Shown: positions 1-9,152 of the stretch, piece after piece | How positions within the stretch are numbered: the first letter of the stretch is position 1 | How the letters are laid out: each line of letters opens with the position of its first letter | Assembly: GCA_963827685.1 (NCBI GenBank) | Contig: CAWHBU010000006.1 | Location: 416,001-480,000, forward strand | DNA length: 64,000 nt | Reading direction: 5' to 3' | From: an uncultured delta proteobacterium | GTDB lineage: Bacteria; Desulfobacterota; BSN033; UBA1163 | The notes under the pieces: generated by a model | The model's input: the letters and a program-made list of their open reading frames with translations, nothing else | The model's database searches: none | Told to the model about the DNA's origin: nothing | Translations under genes and position numbers: made by a program

Positions 1-31
1 TATTTTGCGCACAAAATATTATTCATAAGGC

Positions 32-1261
32 CTATTTCGTCTTCCGTTTGGCTAAGATTTCAAAGGGAAGTCCGCGAACGAAAGCCGCATCCGCGCAGCG
101 TCTCTGATCAAAACCAGTGGTTTTAATGGAACGGATCTCCGGTGAGAAGAGACTCGTCTTCGATTCTCGATTGACGATCTCGATGTTTCCCTTAAAGAGT
201 TTGATCTTATATTTTCCGTTGACCACCTTCTGAGATGTCTCGATGAAGGCATCCAGATCATATCGCAATGGATGGTAAGCCATCCCGTGGTAAATTAAGT
301 AGGCCCACTTCTGATCGATCCCTTTCTTGAACTGAATCTCATCCTTGGTGAGGCAGAACTGTTCCAGGTCTCGATGGAGTTTAAGAATGATCGTAGCGCC
401 AGGGGCCTCATAGATCTCGCGGCTCTTCAGATCCATGATCCCATCCTCAAACATGTCGATCTTGCCGATGGAATGCATGCCGCCAATGGCGTTGAGGGCC
501 GGGATGATTCCCCCGAGAGGCTTCCGTTTATCATTCAATTTGGTGGGAATTCCGTTTTCGAACTCCAGGGTGATAAAGGAAGGTTCGTCAGGGGACTTTT
601 CAACGGGCCGATACCACATCCAGATATTATCCGGAAGGGGCTGGTTCAGGTCGATCGCGCCACTGGCGATGGATCGACACCACATCGTTTTATCATCCCC
701 TCCGGTGATCATCTCGGTTACCGGGACATCCCATGCCCGGCACAGTGCCTCTTCTTCCAATCGGGTTAAATCGAAATCCCGCACCGGCACGAGGATTTTC
801 AGACCAGGGGCAAACATCTTGAAGACATTGTGCATGCGATATTGATCGTTTCCTTTTCCACTGGATCCCTCAAGGATGGCGTCACATCCCTCTTCCCGGG
901 CGACCTCTGCCACCTTACGTGCTACAATCTGTCTGGTCATGGAGGTGGAGACAGGGTAACCCAGATAATCTGAGTTGGCCTGAATGGCCCGCGCAATCCA
1001 GACCTCGGTAAATTCCTTCCGAAGATCGAAAAAGAGAGGTTTGATTTTGAGAGCCTTGGCTTTCCTCTTGCTCTCGAGAACTTCTTCTTCTCCCTGCCCA
1101 ACATCAATCGTGATGGGAAGGATCTTCCTGGCATTATATTTTCTTCTGAGCAATTCAATGGCGAGAGAAGAATCCAAACCTCCGGAGTAAGCCACCGCTA
1201 CTTTGTTCACTTTAGAGGTCTCGGTGTTTTCAATTTTTTTCAAAATCTCCCGAATATCCAT
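32..1261 (-). CDS. argG: Argininosuccinate synthase family protein (divergent)
   Basis: Motifs AYSGGLDSS, GKGNDQ and KSREIYEAPG; ATG at 1261 preceded by GGAGGT RBS. Confidence 0.8.
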   Translation of the reverse strand: MDIREILKKIENTETSKVNKVAVAYSGGLDSSLAIELLRRKYNARKILPITIDVGQGEEEVLESKRKAKALKIKPLFFDLRKEFTEVWIARAIQANSDYLGYPVSTSMTRQIVARKVAEVAREEGCDAILEGSSGKGNDQYRMHNVFKMFAPGLKILVPVRDFDLTRLEEEALCRAWDVPVTEMITGGDDKTMWCRSIASGAIDLNQPLPDNIWMWYRPVEKSPDEPSFITLEFENGIPTKLNDKRKPLGGIIPALNAIGGMHSIGKIDMFEDGIMDLKSREIYEAPGATIILKLHRDLEQFCLTKDEIQFKKGIDQKWAYLIYHGMAYHPLRYDLDAFIETSQKVVNGKYKIKLFKGNIEIVNRESKTSLFSPEIRSIKTTGFDQRRCADAAFVRGLPFEILAKRKTK

Positions 1262-1417
1262 AAAAGGCACACCTCCTTGGAATTTAGTTTGAGATGTTAG
1301 CATAAATGAACGACTTAAACAATGTTTTTAAACAAAGAGTTATAGTTGGAAGAGTATCCAGATTATGATATAGTAAAAGTCAAAAATTAGGACAAATAGG
1401 TATTTCGTCTATTAATA

Positions 1418-1426
1418 GTTGGGGCC
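1418..1426 (+). other. Putative attI-like or secondary recombination point at the start of the first gene cassette
   Basis: GTTGGGGCC immediately before the ATG, near-complementary to GGCCTCAAC at the end of the same cassette; AT-rich upstream DNA with no attC hairpin. Confidence 0.5.
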
Positions 1427-1714
1427 ATGATGAAAATGAAACCCAAACGAATACGATTGGCTGACTATCCACGCGTCACCAAATGCGACTTTCCAAAGAC
1501 ACTCCACGTGGCTTACGCTGTTTGCACAAGTAAATGTGGCGCAAGAGAATTCATTGTCGATGGCAGCACCCAAATGTGTCAGCACTGCGGGGCTCTGATG
1601 TTCCGAACAGAGGTCGCCGCATACACATTGAAAACATTAAGTGGCCTCAACAAACGCATCCACCGTGCAGTTCACCGCGCTGCGCGCGGTGGCCGTACGG
1701 CACGCCGCCGGTGA
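1427..1714 (+). CDS. Small hypothetical cassette protein with two Cys pairs (possible Zn-binding)
   Basis: CTSKC and CQHC motifs; the ORF runs into attC1. Confidence 0.6.
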   Translation: MMKMKPKRIRLADYPRVTKCDFPKTLHVAYAVCTSKCGAREFIVDGSTQMCQHCGALMFRTEVAAYTLKTLSGLNKRIHRAVHRAARGGRTARRR

Positions 1715-1725
1715 TGCGTGGCGTT
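1643..1725 (+). other. attC site 1 (interrupted at its GTT core by an IS)
   Basis: GGCCTCAAC-AAACGCATCCACCG ... CCGGTGATGCGTGGC-GTT imperfect palindrome; continues as GTTAGGCC after the IS. Confidence 0.8.
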
Positions 1726-2311
1726 GAGCCTGTAGAAAAAGTCTTAAAAGCATGATAAAATCGCCATATCAGTAGCGGCAAAGAGAGCGGAGACCGCTTA
1801 GGAGGGACTGGATGGCGAGATACAAAGAGTTTGATTATTCACAGGGAAAGTTCATACCGATCCACTTTGACCGACAGATCTTACCCGGGACGTTTGAGTA
1901 TAGCCTTCATCCGCCTACGCAGGAGACCACGTTCTTGGCCGCGGAGAAATTCGTCGCTTTGGCAGCAATCGTCACAGCGATAGACCTGCTGTGCTTCGGC
2001 GGATTTCGCCAACCGGCGGATGACCCACCGAAGCCTTGGCGTAGGTGGGTATGTTTGTTGGGGACCACGGGCTTGCCCGTGGGGCTCCATTACCTGATTG
2101 ACAACGAGATAGACGTATCGATTTCTGATTGTCGGTACCGAAATGACGGGCTGGGAGCGCTTTCCTATGATCCTGCGATTCTTTTTGAGGTCATCAATAT
2201 AAGGAATTGTGTCACGAATCGAAGAAGCCTCGATGAGAGAAAATGATCATTTTCTATTTTTGATCCAGCAGAAGAAGCGGTTTTTAAAAAAGTGACTTTT
2301 TCTACAGGCTC
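1726..2311 (+). mobile_element. IS1182-family remnant, internally deleted
   Basis: Perfect 18-bp TIRs GAGCCTGTAGAAAAAGTC (1726-1743) and GACTTTTTCTACAGGCTC (2294-2311); GTT on both flanks; transposase N-terminus inside. Confidence 0.8.
1812..2246 (+). pseudogene. Truncated IS1182-family transposase with a 180-bp in-frame palindromic insertion
   Basis: MARYKEFDYSQGKFIPIHFDRQILPGTFEYSLH...HYLIDNEID...YDPAIL resembles the IS1182 (DUF772) N-terminus; no DDE domain. Confidence 0.75.
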
Positions 2312-2330
2312 GTTAGGCCGCCAAAGGACG

Positions 2331-3203
2331 ATGAGTCTATCAGAATTCATCGCAAACAATAAAAAAGCGATCTTGCTCGATGGTGCGATGGGTACTCAAT
2401 TGGCAGAAGCTGGTCTGGAAATGGGCGGTCAAACCAGTATCACCCATCCGGATGCAGTGCTGGCCATTCATCGACAATATGTTGAGTGTGGGGTTGACGT
2501 GCTCATCACAAATACGCTGGCGATGAACCGGGTTAACATTGAGTCGCACAATGTCGGCGTGGATGTGAGGGAGGTGAATTTGGCTGGGGCCAAACTGGCT
2601 AAAGCCTCTGTTCGTCAGGGTCAATATGTGCTGGGGGATATGAGTTCAACCGGCAAAATGCTGAAACCGTATGGGGATCTCTCAGAAGATGACGCTTATG
2701 CTACCTTCAAGGAGCAAGCAGCCATTTTGGCGGAAGGTGGGGTGGATGGCTTCATTATCGAAACGATGTTTGACTTGCGTGAAGCTCTGTGCGCTTTGCG
2801 GGCCTGCAAAGAGGCTGCCGATCTACCAGTCATTGCTTCGATAGCTTTCAACACCGTTAAGAACGGAGGAAGGACCATCATGGGCAACTCTGCACGTGAT
2901 TGTGCCCAAGGCCTGACCGAAGCAGGAGCCTGCGCTGTCGGGGCCAATTGTGGTAGCCTTGATCCGTTCCAGATGTCTGAAGTTGTGTTAAAGATGCGAG
3001 AAGCTACGTCATTGCCTGTTTTGGCTCAACCTAACGCAGGTAAACCTAGATTCGTTGAGAATCGGACGGTCTTTGACATGTCTCCGTCTGATTTTGCTGC
3101 GGGAATATATCAATGTTTACAGGCCGGAGCCCAGTTAATCGGAGGATGTTGTGGAACTTCTCCAGCCCACATCAGGGCCATAGTAGCATTGTTAAGGGAA
3201 TAG
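2331..3203 (+). CDS. Homocysteine S-methyltransferase family protein (cassette 2)
   Basis: LLDGAMGT, GANC, PNAG and GGCCGT Zn-binding motifs. Confidence 0.9.
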   Translation: MSLSEFIANNKKAILLDGAMGTQLAEAGLEMGGQTSITHPDAVLAIHRQYVECGVDVLITNTLAMNRVNIESHNVGVDVREVNLAGAKLAKASVRQGQYVLGDMSSTGKMLKPYGDLSEDDAYATFKEQAAILAEGGVDGFIIETMFDLREALCALRACKEAADLPVIASIAFNTVKNGGRTIMGNSARDCAQGLTEAGACAVGANCGSLDPFQMSEVVLKMREATSLPVLAQPNAGKPRFVENRTVFDMSPSDFAAGIYQCLQAGAQLIGGCCGTSPAHIRAIVALLRE

Positions 3204-3245
3204 ATCGTGCAGCGACGAATTACATCAAAACGAAGGATAGGATTT

Positions 3246-3302
3246 GCATAACAAATCAATCCAGCCAATCGCTTATAGCGCCGGCTGATTTTTATGTTAT
3301 GC
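3246..3302 (+). other. attC site 2 (intact, 57 bp)
   Basis: GCATAAC-AAATCAATCCAGCC ... GGCTGATTTTTAT-GTTATGC. Confidence 0.85.
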
Positions 3303-3332
3303 CCTTTAATACTAAATTGAAAAGGAGTAAAT

Positions 3333-3884
3333 ATGAACAAATGTCTTGTTATGGTTGATTTGCAGAATGATTATTTCCCCGGTGGCAAAATGGAACTTGT
3401 CGGCATCGAAGATGCTGCAGAAAATGCTCGGATTCTCTTGACTGAATTCAGAAAGACAAAATTAACTATCGTCCATATACAGCACATTTCCATCCTCCCT
3501 AACGCTTTCTTCTTCTTACCCGACACTGATGGAGTAAAAATAAACGAAAGGGTAACTCCCCAAGAGGGCGAAGCAGTTGTCTCAAAAAACTATCCAAACA
3601 GCTTCCGTGATACATCCCTACTGGAAATCCTAAGAAATGCGCACGTTGACAATCTCGTAATCTGTGGCGCTATGAGCCACATGTGCATAGACGCAACCAC
3701 CCGAGCGGCCTTTGACTTGGGCTTCAATTGCATTGTTGCGAAGGATGCTTGCGCGACAATGGACTTGGTTTTTAAAAACAAAACCATAAAAGCATCAGAG
3801 GTTCATGCGTCCTTTATGGCGGCATTATCGTTTCCTTACGCCAAAGTAGTTTTAACAAGAGATATCGTGAAAAGCAGGGCATAA
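3333..3884 (+). CDS. Cysteine hydrolase / isochorismatase family protein (cassette 3)
   Basis: VDLQNDYF, KNYPNSF, GAMSHMCIDATTRAAFDLG. Confidence 0.9.
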   Translation: MNKCLVMVDLQNDYFPGGKMELVGIEDAAENARILLTEFRKTKLTIVHIQHISILPNAFFFLPDTDGVKINERVTPQEGEAVVSKNYPNSFRDTSLLEILRNAHVDNLVICGAMSHMCIDATTRAAFDLGFNCIVAKDACATMDLVFKNKTIKASEVHASFMAALSFPYAKVVLTRDIVKSRA

Positions 3885-3917
3885 CCATCGAATCTGGCTG
3901 AGCCGCATCGTTAGAGC
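3877..3917 (+). other. attC site 3 (internally deleted)
   Basis: GGGCATAAC overlapping the stop codon ... GGCTGAGCCGCATC-GTTAGAGC; GGGCATAAC is the exact complement of the cassette start GTTATGCCC. Confidence 0.65.
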
Positions 3918-3933
3918 AATTAAGGAGTACTCC

Positions 3934-4563
3934 ATGGGTTTCATTGAAAAATTCGTGAAGCAATGCAGAAAACCTTCAGGCCGGTTTGGTAAATTTGTCG
4001 GCAGAACTATGAATTTAGGCCATAACAGAATTAGGCACTGGGGGCTCAGTCACATTTCTATTAAGCCTGATGCAAACATTCTCGATATTGGCTGTGGTGG
4101 AGGCAAGGCCGTTCAGGAGTTGGCTATGTCTACTCCAAATGGAAAAGTTTATGGAATCGATTATTCCGAAGATATGGTTCAATTAACAAAAAAGGTAAAT
4201 AAGGCACTTATAAAAAAGGGCTTGGTTGAAATAAAGTACGGAACTGTTTCATCTTTGCCGTTTGCAGACAATATGTTCGATCTTGCAACAGCATTTGAAG
4301 CTTACTATTTTTGGCCGAATTTAATTGACGATCTAAAAGAAATTAAGCGCGTTTTAAAACCAGGAGGAACCTTTTTAATTGTCAATGAAGTTTATAAAGA
4401 TGATAAATTCGAAAAACGAAATACGAAATGGGCTAAATTGCTTGATATGCAGCTTCATACTCCAAATGAATATAAGGACTTTCTAACTAAAGCGGGGTAC
4501 CATATCATTGAAATTGATAATATTCCTCAAAAGAATTGGATTGCCGCTATTGCGAAAAAATAA
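3934..4563 (+). CDS. Class I SAM-dependent methyltransferase (cassette 4)
   Basis: ILDIGCGGG, GIDYS, LPFADNMFD, RVLKPGG; AT-rich. Confidence 0.9.
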   Translation: MGFIEKFVKQCRKPSGRFGKFVGRTMNLGHNRIRHWGLSHISIKPDANILDIGCGGGKAVQELAMSTPNGKVYGIDYSEDMVQLTKKVNKALIKKGLVEIKYGTVSSLPFADNMFDLATAFEAYYFWPNLIDDLKEIKRVLKPGGTFLIVNEVYKDDKFEKRNTKWAKLLDMQLHTPNEYKDFLTKAGYHIIEIDNIPQKNWIAAIAKK

Positions 4564-4568
4564 AGGAA

Positions 4569-4846
4569 TTCTAACAATTACTAAGGAGTCCATAATTGAA
4601 AAGACATATTGTTGTAAAAATCTCCCCTAACCCCTCTTTTCCAAAGAGGGGGAATTCCTCCCTTTTGTAAAGGGAGGGTAGGAGGGATTTGGTCTTCAAC
4701 GTCCATACAATTATGGACTGATTAGTAATTCAAGCAGGATTCGGCTAGCACGAGGTGTGCGGTGGATGATTGTAGTGGTTGAACTCTGATTAATTTTTTG
4801 AATGCGAGTGCAGATACCCGCCGAACCGCCTAATTAACCGTCTGAG
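4569..4846 (+). other. attC site 4 (long type, MITE-interrupted, GTT core reads GTC)
   Basis: Removing the MITE gives TTCTAAC-AATTAATTCAAGCAGGATTCGGC ... GCCGAACCGCCTAATTAACC-GTCTGAG. Confidence 0.55.
4581..4725. mobile_element. MITE with TA duplication (IS630/Tc1-like signature)
   Basis: TIRs CTAAGGAGTCCATAATTG and CAATTATGGACTGATTAG; TA on both flanks; internal CCCCTCTTT..AAAGAGGGG and CCTCCCTTT..AAAGGGAGG hairpins. Confidence 0.7.
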
Positions 4847-4922
4847 ATTGTAAATCCCCTCTCCCCATTGGAAATATAATACACAACTGGTCTTTCGGGT
4901 CCAACTGCCGTATAATTTCCTC

Positions 4923-6269
4923 GTGCCGAAAGCCCTCCTGATCCATTCAACTGAAAAATCGCTCGTGGTGGCCGAGCAGCCTGTCTCGGTCTTTCCGGTC
5001 TTGGGGGTGATTACGGTGGCAGCCCTCTTTCCCGAGAGTTGGGAAGTAAATATCGCCGACGAAACCATCGAGGAGATCGACCTCGACCGGAAGGTCGATC
5101 TTGTAGGTATCTCGACGCTCACCCTCAATGCCTGTCGTGCTTATGATCTGGCAGATCATTTTCGCAATAAAGACATACCTGTTTTGATGGGGGGCATGCA
5201 CCCCTCGGCCCTGCCGGAAGAATCTCTCCAGCACGCTGATGCCGTTGTCGTGGGTGAAGCAGAAGGGGTATTCCATCGCGTTCTTTCGGATCTGGGAAAC
5301 GGCAGGATGAAGGGGATCTATAAGAGTGAGGAGCTTCCGGATATTACGAAAGTGCCGCACCCGCGATTTGACCTCCTTCATCCCAAACACCGCCGTTTCA
5401 TCCACTCCGTCCAGGCCACGCGCGGTTGTCCTCATGACTGTGATTTTTGTTCCGTCACTCCCTTCTTTGGACACAGATACCGTCTGAGACCCGTCGAGGA
5501 TGTCATCCGTGACCTCCGGACTTCCCTCGAACAGGCCTCATCGAGAACGGTCTTCTTCGTTGATGACAATATCGGCGGCAATCCCCCTTATGCGAAGGAA
5601 GTCTTTCGAGCCCTCATCCCTCTGAAGATAAAGTGGGGAAGTTTTGCTTCTGTAGCGTTCACAAGGGATCGTGAATTGATCGACCTCGCCGTAAAATCTG
5701 GCTGTATCGAGCTCTTCATCGGCTTTGAATCTATCTCCCAGGAAAATCTGGACACCTCGCACAAATCCTGGGTCCGAGCGGATCGGATGACGGAGTATAT
5801 CAAGATCTTCCACGACCACGGCATCATTGTTGAGGGCGCATTTATCTTCGGCCATGAAAACGATCGAAAAGATATCTTCCGGAAGACAGTGGATTTTGTC
5901 CAAACGGCCGGCATCCAGGTTCCTGTATTCGGTATCCTCACTCCCTACCCGGCTACCCGCCTGAGAGCTAAACTGACCAATGAAGAGAGGCTTTTACCCG
6001 AGTCCTCCAATTGGCGGCTCTACGACGGTTCCCATGTCCTTTTCAGGCCGGCCCATATGTCGCCCGAAGAACTGGAGGAGGGATTCCTCTGGGCCAAGAA
6101 ATATTGTTCGGCACCGCGCTCGGTCTTCAGAAGGATGTTCCGAGCGCCGAGGACTCATTGGCTTACAGCTCTGGGACTCAATTTTTCGATGTATTTCGGC
6201 AGGACAAAACAGATCAGAGCGCGTTGGCCTCGCTCCAAAGGACGATTGGTCCGGCCAGGGACATGGTAG
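4923..6269 (+). CDS. B12-binding radical SAM protein
   Basis: GGMHPS...GEAE cobalamin-binding domain; TRGCPHDCDFC. Confidence 0.9.
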   Translation: MPKALLIHSTEKSLVVAEQPVSVFPVLGVITVAALFPESWEVNIADETIEEIDLDRKVDLVGISTLTLNACRAYDLADHFRNKDIPVLMGGMHPSALPEESLQHADAVVVGEAEGVFHRVLSDLGNGRMKGIYKSEELPDITKVPHPRFDLLHPKHRRFIHSVQATRGCPHDCDFCSVTPFFGHRYRLRPVEDVIRDLRTSLEQASSRTVFFVDDNIGGNPPYAKEVFRALIPLKIKWGSFASVAFTRDRELIDLAVKSGCIELFIGFESISQENLDTSHKSWVRADRMTEYIKIFHDHGIIVEGAFIFGHENDRKDIFRKTVDFVQTAGIQVPVFGILTPYPATRLRAKLTNEERLLPESSNWRLYDGSHVLFRPAHMSPEELEEGFLWAKKYCSAPRSVFRRMFRAPRTHWLTALGLNFSMYFGRTKQIRARWPRSKGRLVRPGTW

Positions 6270-6336
6270 TGCGGGATTCCTCTCCGGATCGAGGAATGCT
6301 GGATGGGGTCACTTGTCTTCAAGCGGAGGTGAATCT

Positions 6337-6723
6337 ATGGCAGTTCGTATCGTGCAACTCGGAAGTCCCCGTAGAAGCGGCGAAGGGCTGCGCATTGGCA
6401 CAGTTCGGCGCCCACCAAGAGGCGTGCCCAAAAACGAGTTTGCATCGCGCAATTACTATGATGTGTGGCTGCCTAACCTCGCGCCCAGCGACCAGCTTCT
6501 CAAGGCCGGACGAGCAGCTAAAGACGAGACCGATTGGCGCTCTTTCATCAAACGCTACCGCTCGGAAATGAGCCGAGCAGAGAACAGCCGGGTTCTTGAT
6601 CTGCTCGCTGCGTTATCGCACCAAGCGAATTTTTCGGTCGGATGTTATTGCAATGACGAGCAGCACTGCCATCGCTCAGTGCTTCGTCAACTCCTCGCCG
6701 AGCGTGGTGCTTCGCTCGCCTGA
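6337..6723 (+). CDS. DUF488 family protein
   Basis: RIGTVRRPPRGV, DVWLPNLAPS, CYCNDEQHCHRS; GGAGGT RBS. Confidence 0.85.
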   Translation: MAVRIVQLGSPRRSGEGLRIGTVRRPPRGVPKNEFASRNYYDVWLPNLAPSDQLLKAGRAAKDETDWRSFIKRYRSEMSRAENSRVLDLLAALSHQANFSVGCYCNDEQHCHRSVLRQLLAERGASLA

Positions 6724-6814
6724 GTGAGTAGGCAATCGTAGAATAGAAAGAGGGAAGGTTGCTGTGTTTTTGACTCTACATTCTACACTCCGCATTCCGC
6801 AATCTAAATTCTGT

Positions 6815-7561
6815 TCAGACAATTCCCCCATCGACCACGATCGTTTGGCCGGTGATGTAGTTTGAATGTTCTGATGCCAGAAAGAGAACAGCCTGTGCAA
6901 CTTCCTCCGGTTTCCCGATCCTTCCGAGGCTGGAGGATTTAATGATCGCCTCGACTTTCTCCTTGGGCATTTTGGACACCACTTCCGATTCGATCAAGCC
7001 TGGGGCCACCGCATTCACATGGATGTTGAAAGAACCCAATTCTCGAGCAAGCGACTTTGTAAAGCTGATCATCCCTCCTTTGGTTGCCGCATAATTGGCC
7101 TGTCCTGGAGTGCCCATCATCCCGCTGATGGAAGAGATATTGATGATCTTCCCTCTTCTCTGCGGAATCATCTTTCGAATCACGATTCTGCAACAATGGA
7201 AAAGACTGGTCAGATTTGTCCTGAGCAGAGATTCCCAATCCTCATCACTCATCAACATGAGGAAGTTATCCCGGACGAGGCCCACATTATTAACCAAAAT
7301 ATCAATCTTCCCATATTGAGCAAAAGTCTCTTCCACCATCTCTTTTACCTGATCGAACTGTGTGACATCCGCTTTAAACAGACCGAGGCTCAGGCCTCTG
7401 GATTTGGCTTCCTTCTTGAGATCTTCTGCGGCATCCACATCCTTTGAAAAATTGGCGACAACCTTTGCCCCCTGCTCGGCAAAGAGGAGACAGATCGCCT
7501 TTCCGATCCCTTTCGTTCCGCCTGTGACAATGGCTACCTGATTTTCCAATAGCATCTTCAT
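6815..7561 (-). CDS. fabG: 3-oxoacyl-ACP reductase (SDR)
   Basis: [19 protein letters not shown]. Confidence 0.9.
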   Translation of the reverse strand: MKMLLENQVAIVTGGTKGIGKAICLLFAEQGAKVVANFSKDVDAAEDLKKEAKSRGLSLGLFKADVTQFDQVKEMVEETFAQYGKIDILVNNVGLVRDNFLMLMSDEDWESLLRTNLTSLFHCCRIVIRKMIPQRRGKIINISSISGMMGTPGQANYAATKGGMISFTKSLARELGSFNIHVNAVAPGLIESEVVSKMPKEKVEAIIKSSSLGRIGKPEEVAQAVLFLASEHSNYITGQTIVVDGGIV

Positions 7562-7574
7562 CCTCCAATTTTAA

Positions 7575-7735
7575 GAAATTCGGAATCCGAATATCGAAAT
7601 CCGAAACAATCTCAAAATTCAAATCACCAAAATGTTGAAATCTTTCCGCGTACGTGTTTAGGATTGGGTGCTTTGGTCATTCGAATTTGTTTCGAGTTTC
7701 GAATTTCGTGCTTCGAATTTCAAATCCCAAATTAA
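7575..7735. repeat. Inverted heptamer tandem arrays
   Basis: TCCGAAT/TCGAAAT/CCGAAAC run followed by complementary ATTTCGA/TTTCGAA run. Confidence 0.7.
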
Positions 7736-7751
7736 AACACAAGCCAAGGGG

Positions 7752-9152
7752 TCACTTTAGTTCACTTAATGGTCTTATTCTTGGTCTTTTCATTCTTCCC
7801 ACTAATGCCCACAAGGGTCCTCGGATTCGAAATCTTCGTATTTGCTCTATCAGATTTTGCGTGATGTTGATCTCCAATCCGGGCACGATCCACCGCTTTC
7901 TCGCAAGGGCTTTCTCCTGAATGATTTTGCTCAGTCTTCCTCCCAGTTTCGGCGAAATATAAAAATGAGGATAGATGAGATCAGAATCCTGACGGATGAC
8001 CCCTTGAGAAAGGGAGATTCGCTCCATTTCCGTTCCCGGATAGATTCGGATACCCAACATGGTAATGACCGCCGTGGGATCGAGTTGATCCATCAAATGG
8101 AAAGACTCTTCAATCGTCTCTTCGTCTTCGCCTGGCCCTCCGAACAGGAGATAGTGGCACTGATTCACCATCAATTTTGAACAGATTTTTGAGGATTGGA
8201 TGATATCCTCCTGAGTGAATGACTTCTTATAATTCTCAAGCATCCGCGGAGACCCTGAATCCGTTCCGAATTCGATCCCATCACACCCGGCCTCTTTCAT
8301 CCAATGTAATAGCGTCTCGTTCAGAAAACTCGGGTTAACAAAAGCACTCCATTTGACATCGATCTTTTTCCGAACTATGTCACGGCATAAAGCTTCGGCA
8401 TCGGAGGGTGGATAATTAAAAATGTCGTCAACAAAGTAGACGTAATCCACTCCCTCCTCCACGAGGTGTCGAATTTCCTCTACCACCTCATCCGTCTTTC
8501 TCAGCCTGACCTTTTTCCCTTCTAACAAAGGGTAAGTGCAGTAGATACAGGAGAAAGGGCAGCCTCGCTTCGTCTGAATATTTCCCATCCCTCCTTCTTC
8601 TAAATAACGGTGCGTTTCGAAGAAACTCCGATCAGGATCCTGGATGGGAAAGACCCGAGCTCCTTCTATCAAAGGAGGAAAAGGCTTCTCTTTAATAAGG
8701 ACATTAGGAGATGGGGAGATGGAGTCACCCTTTTCAAGACTCCTCACTAATTGCAGGAAGACTTCTTCCCCTTCTCCTACAATCCCAAAATCGACATCTA
8801 AATGTTGAAGAAGCTCCTTGGGGGCCAAAGAATATCCCGACCCTCCGATGACCAATCGTGATGAAGTGAATTGACGACAGATCCCAATGACCTCCTCCAC
8901 CCCTTTGAGATAAGAGATGGAGGTCGGATAGGTGAGATTATCGAGATTTCTCAGGGAGATGCCGATCAGGTCGGGTTGAAAGCGATGAAGGGTGTTGTTG
9001 AGATCAACCGGTACCTCTTGAGAAAAACAGAGGTCGACGACTTCAATCGGATGGCCTTCCTCTCTTAATGCCTTGGCGATGTAAGCCAACCCCAGAGGAA
9101 AGACAGGAAAAGGCATCCTCTCACGGTTGACGGAGATGAGGAGAATTTTCAT
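7752..9152 (-). CDS. Lipid biosynthesis B12-binding/radical SAM protein (resembles ladderane-cluster family TIGR04072)
   Basis: MKILLISVNRERMPFPVFPLGLAY, GISLRNLDN, QTKRGCPFSCIYC. Confidence 0.8.
   Translation of the reverse strand: MKILLISVNRERMPFPVFPLGLAYIAKALREEGHPIEVVDLCFSQEVPVDLNNTLHRFQPDLIGISLRNLDNLTYPTSISYLKGVEEVIGICRQFTSSRLVIGGSGYSLAPKELLQHLDVDFGIVGEGEEVFLQLVRSLEKGDSISPSPNVLIKEKPFPPLIEGARVFPIQDPDRSFFETHRYLEEGGMGNIQTKRGCPFSCIYCTYPLLEGKKVRLRKTDEVVEEIRHLVEEGVDYVYFVDDIFNYPPSDAEALCRDIVRKKIDVKWSAFVNPSFLNETLLHWMKEAGCDGIEFGTDSGSPRMLENYKKSFTQEDIIQSSKICSKLMVNQCHYLLFGGPGEDEETIEESFHLMDQLDPTAVITMLGIRIYPGTEMERISLSQGVIRQDSDLIYPHFYISPKLGGRLSKIIQEKALARKRWIVPGLEINITQNLIEQIRRFRIRGPLWALVGRMKRPRIRPLSELK

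Noticed and set aside
5980-6336. N-terminal extension of the DUF488 ORF, plus the many antisense or overlapping ORFs in the track
   Set aside because: They overlap well-supported genes, lack motifs or RBS, or are translations of repeats
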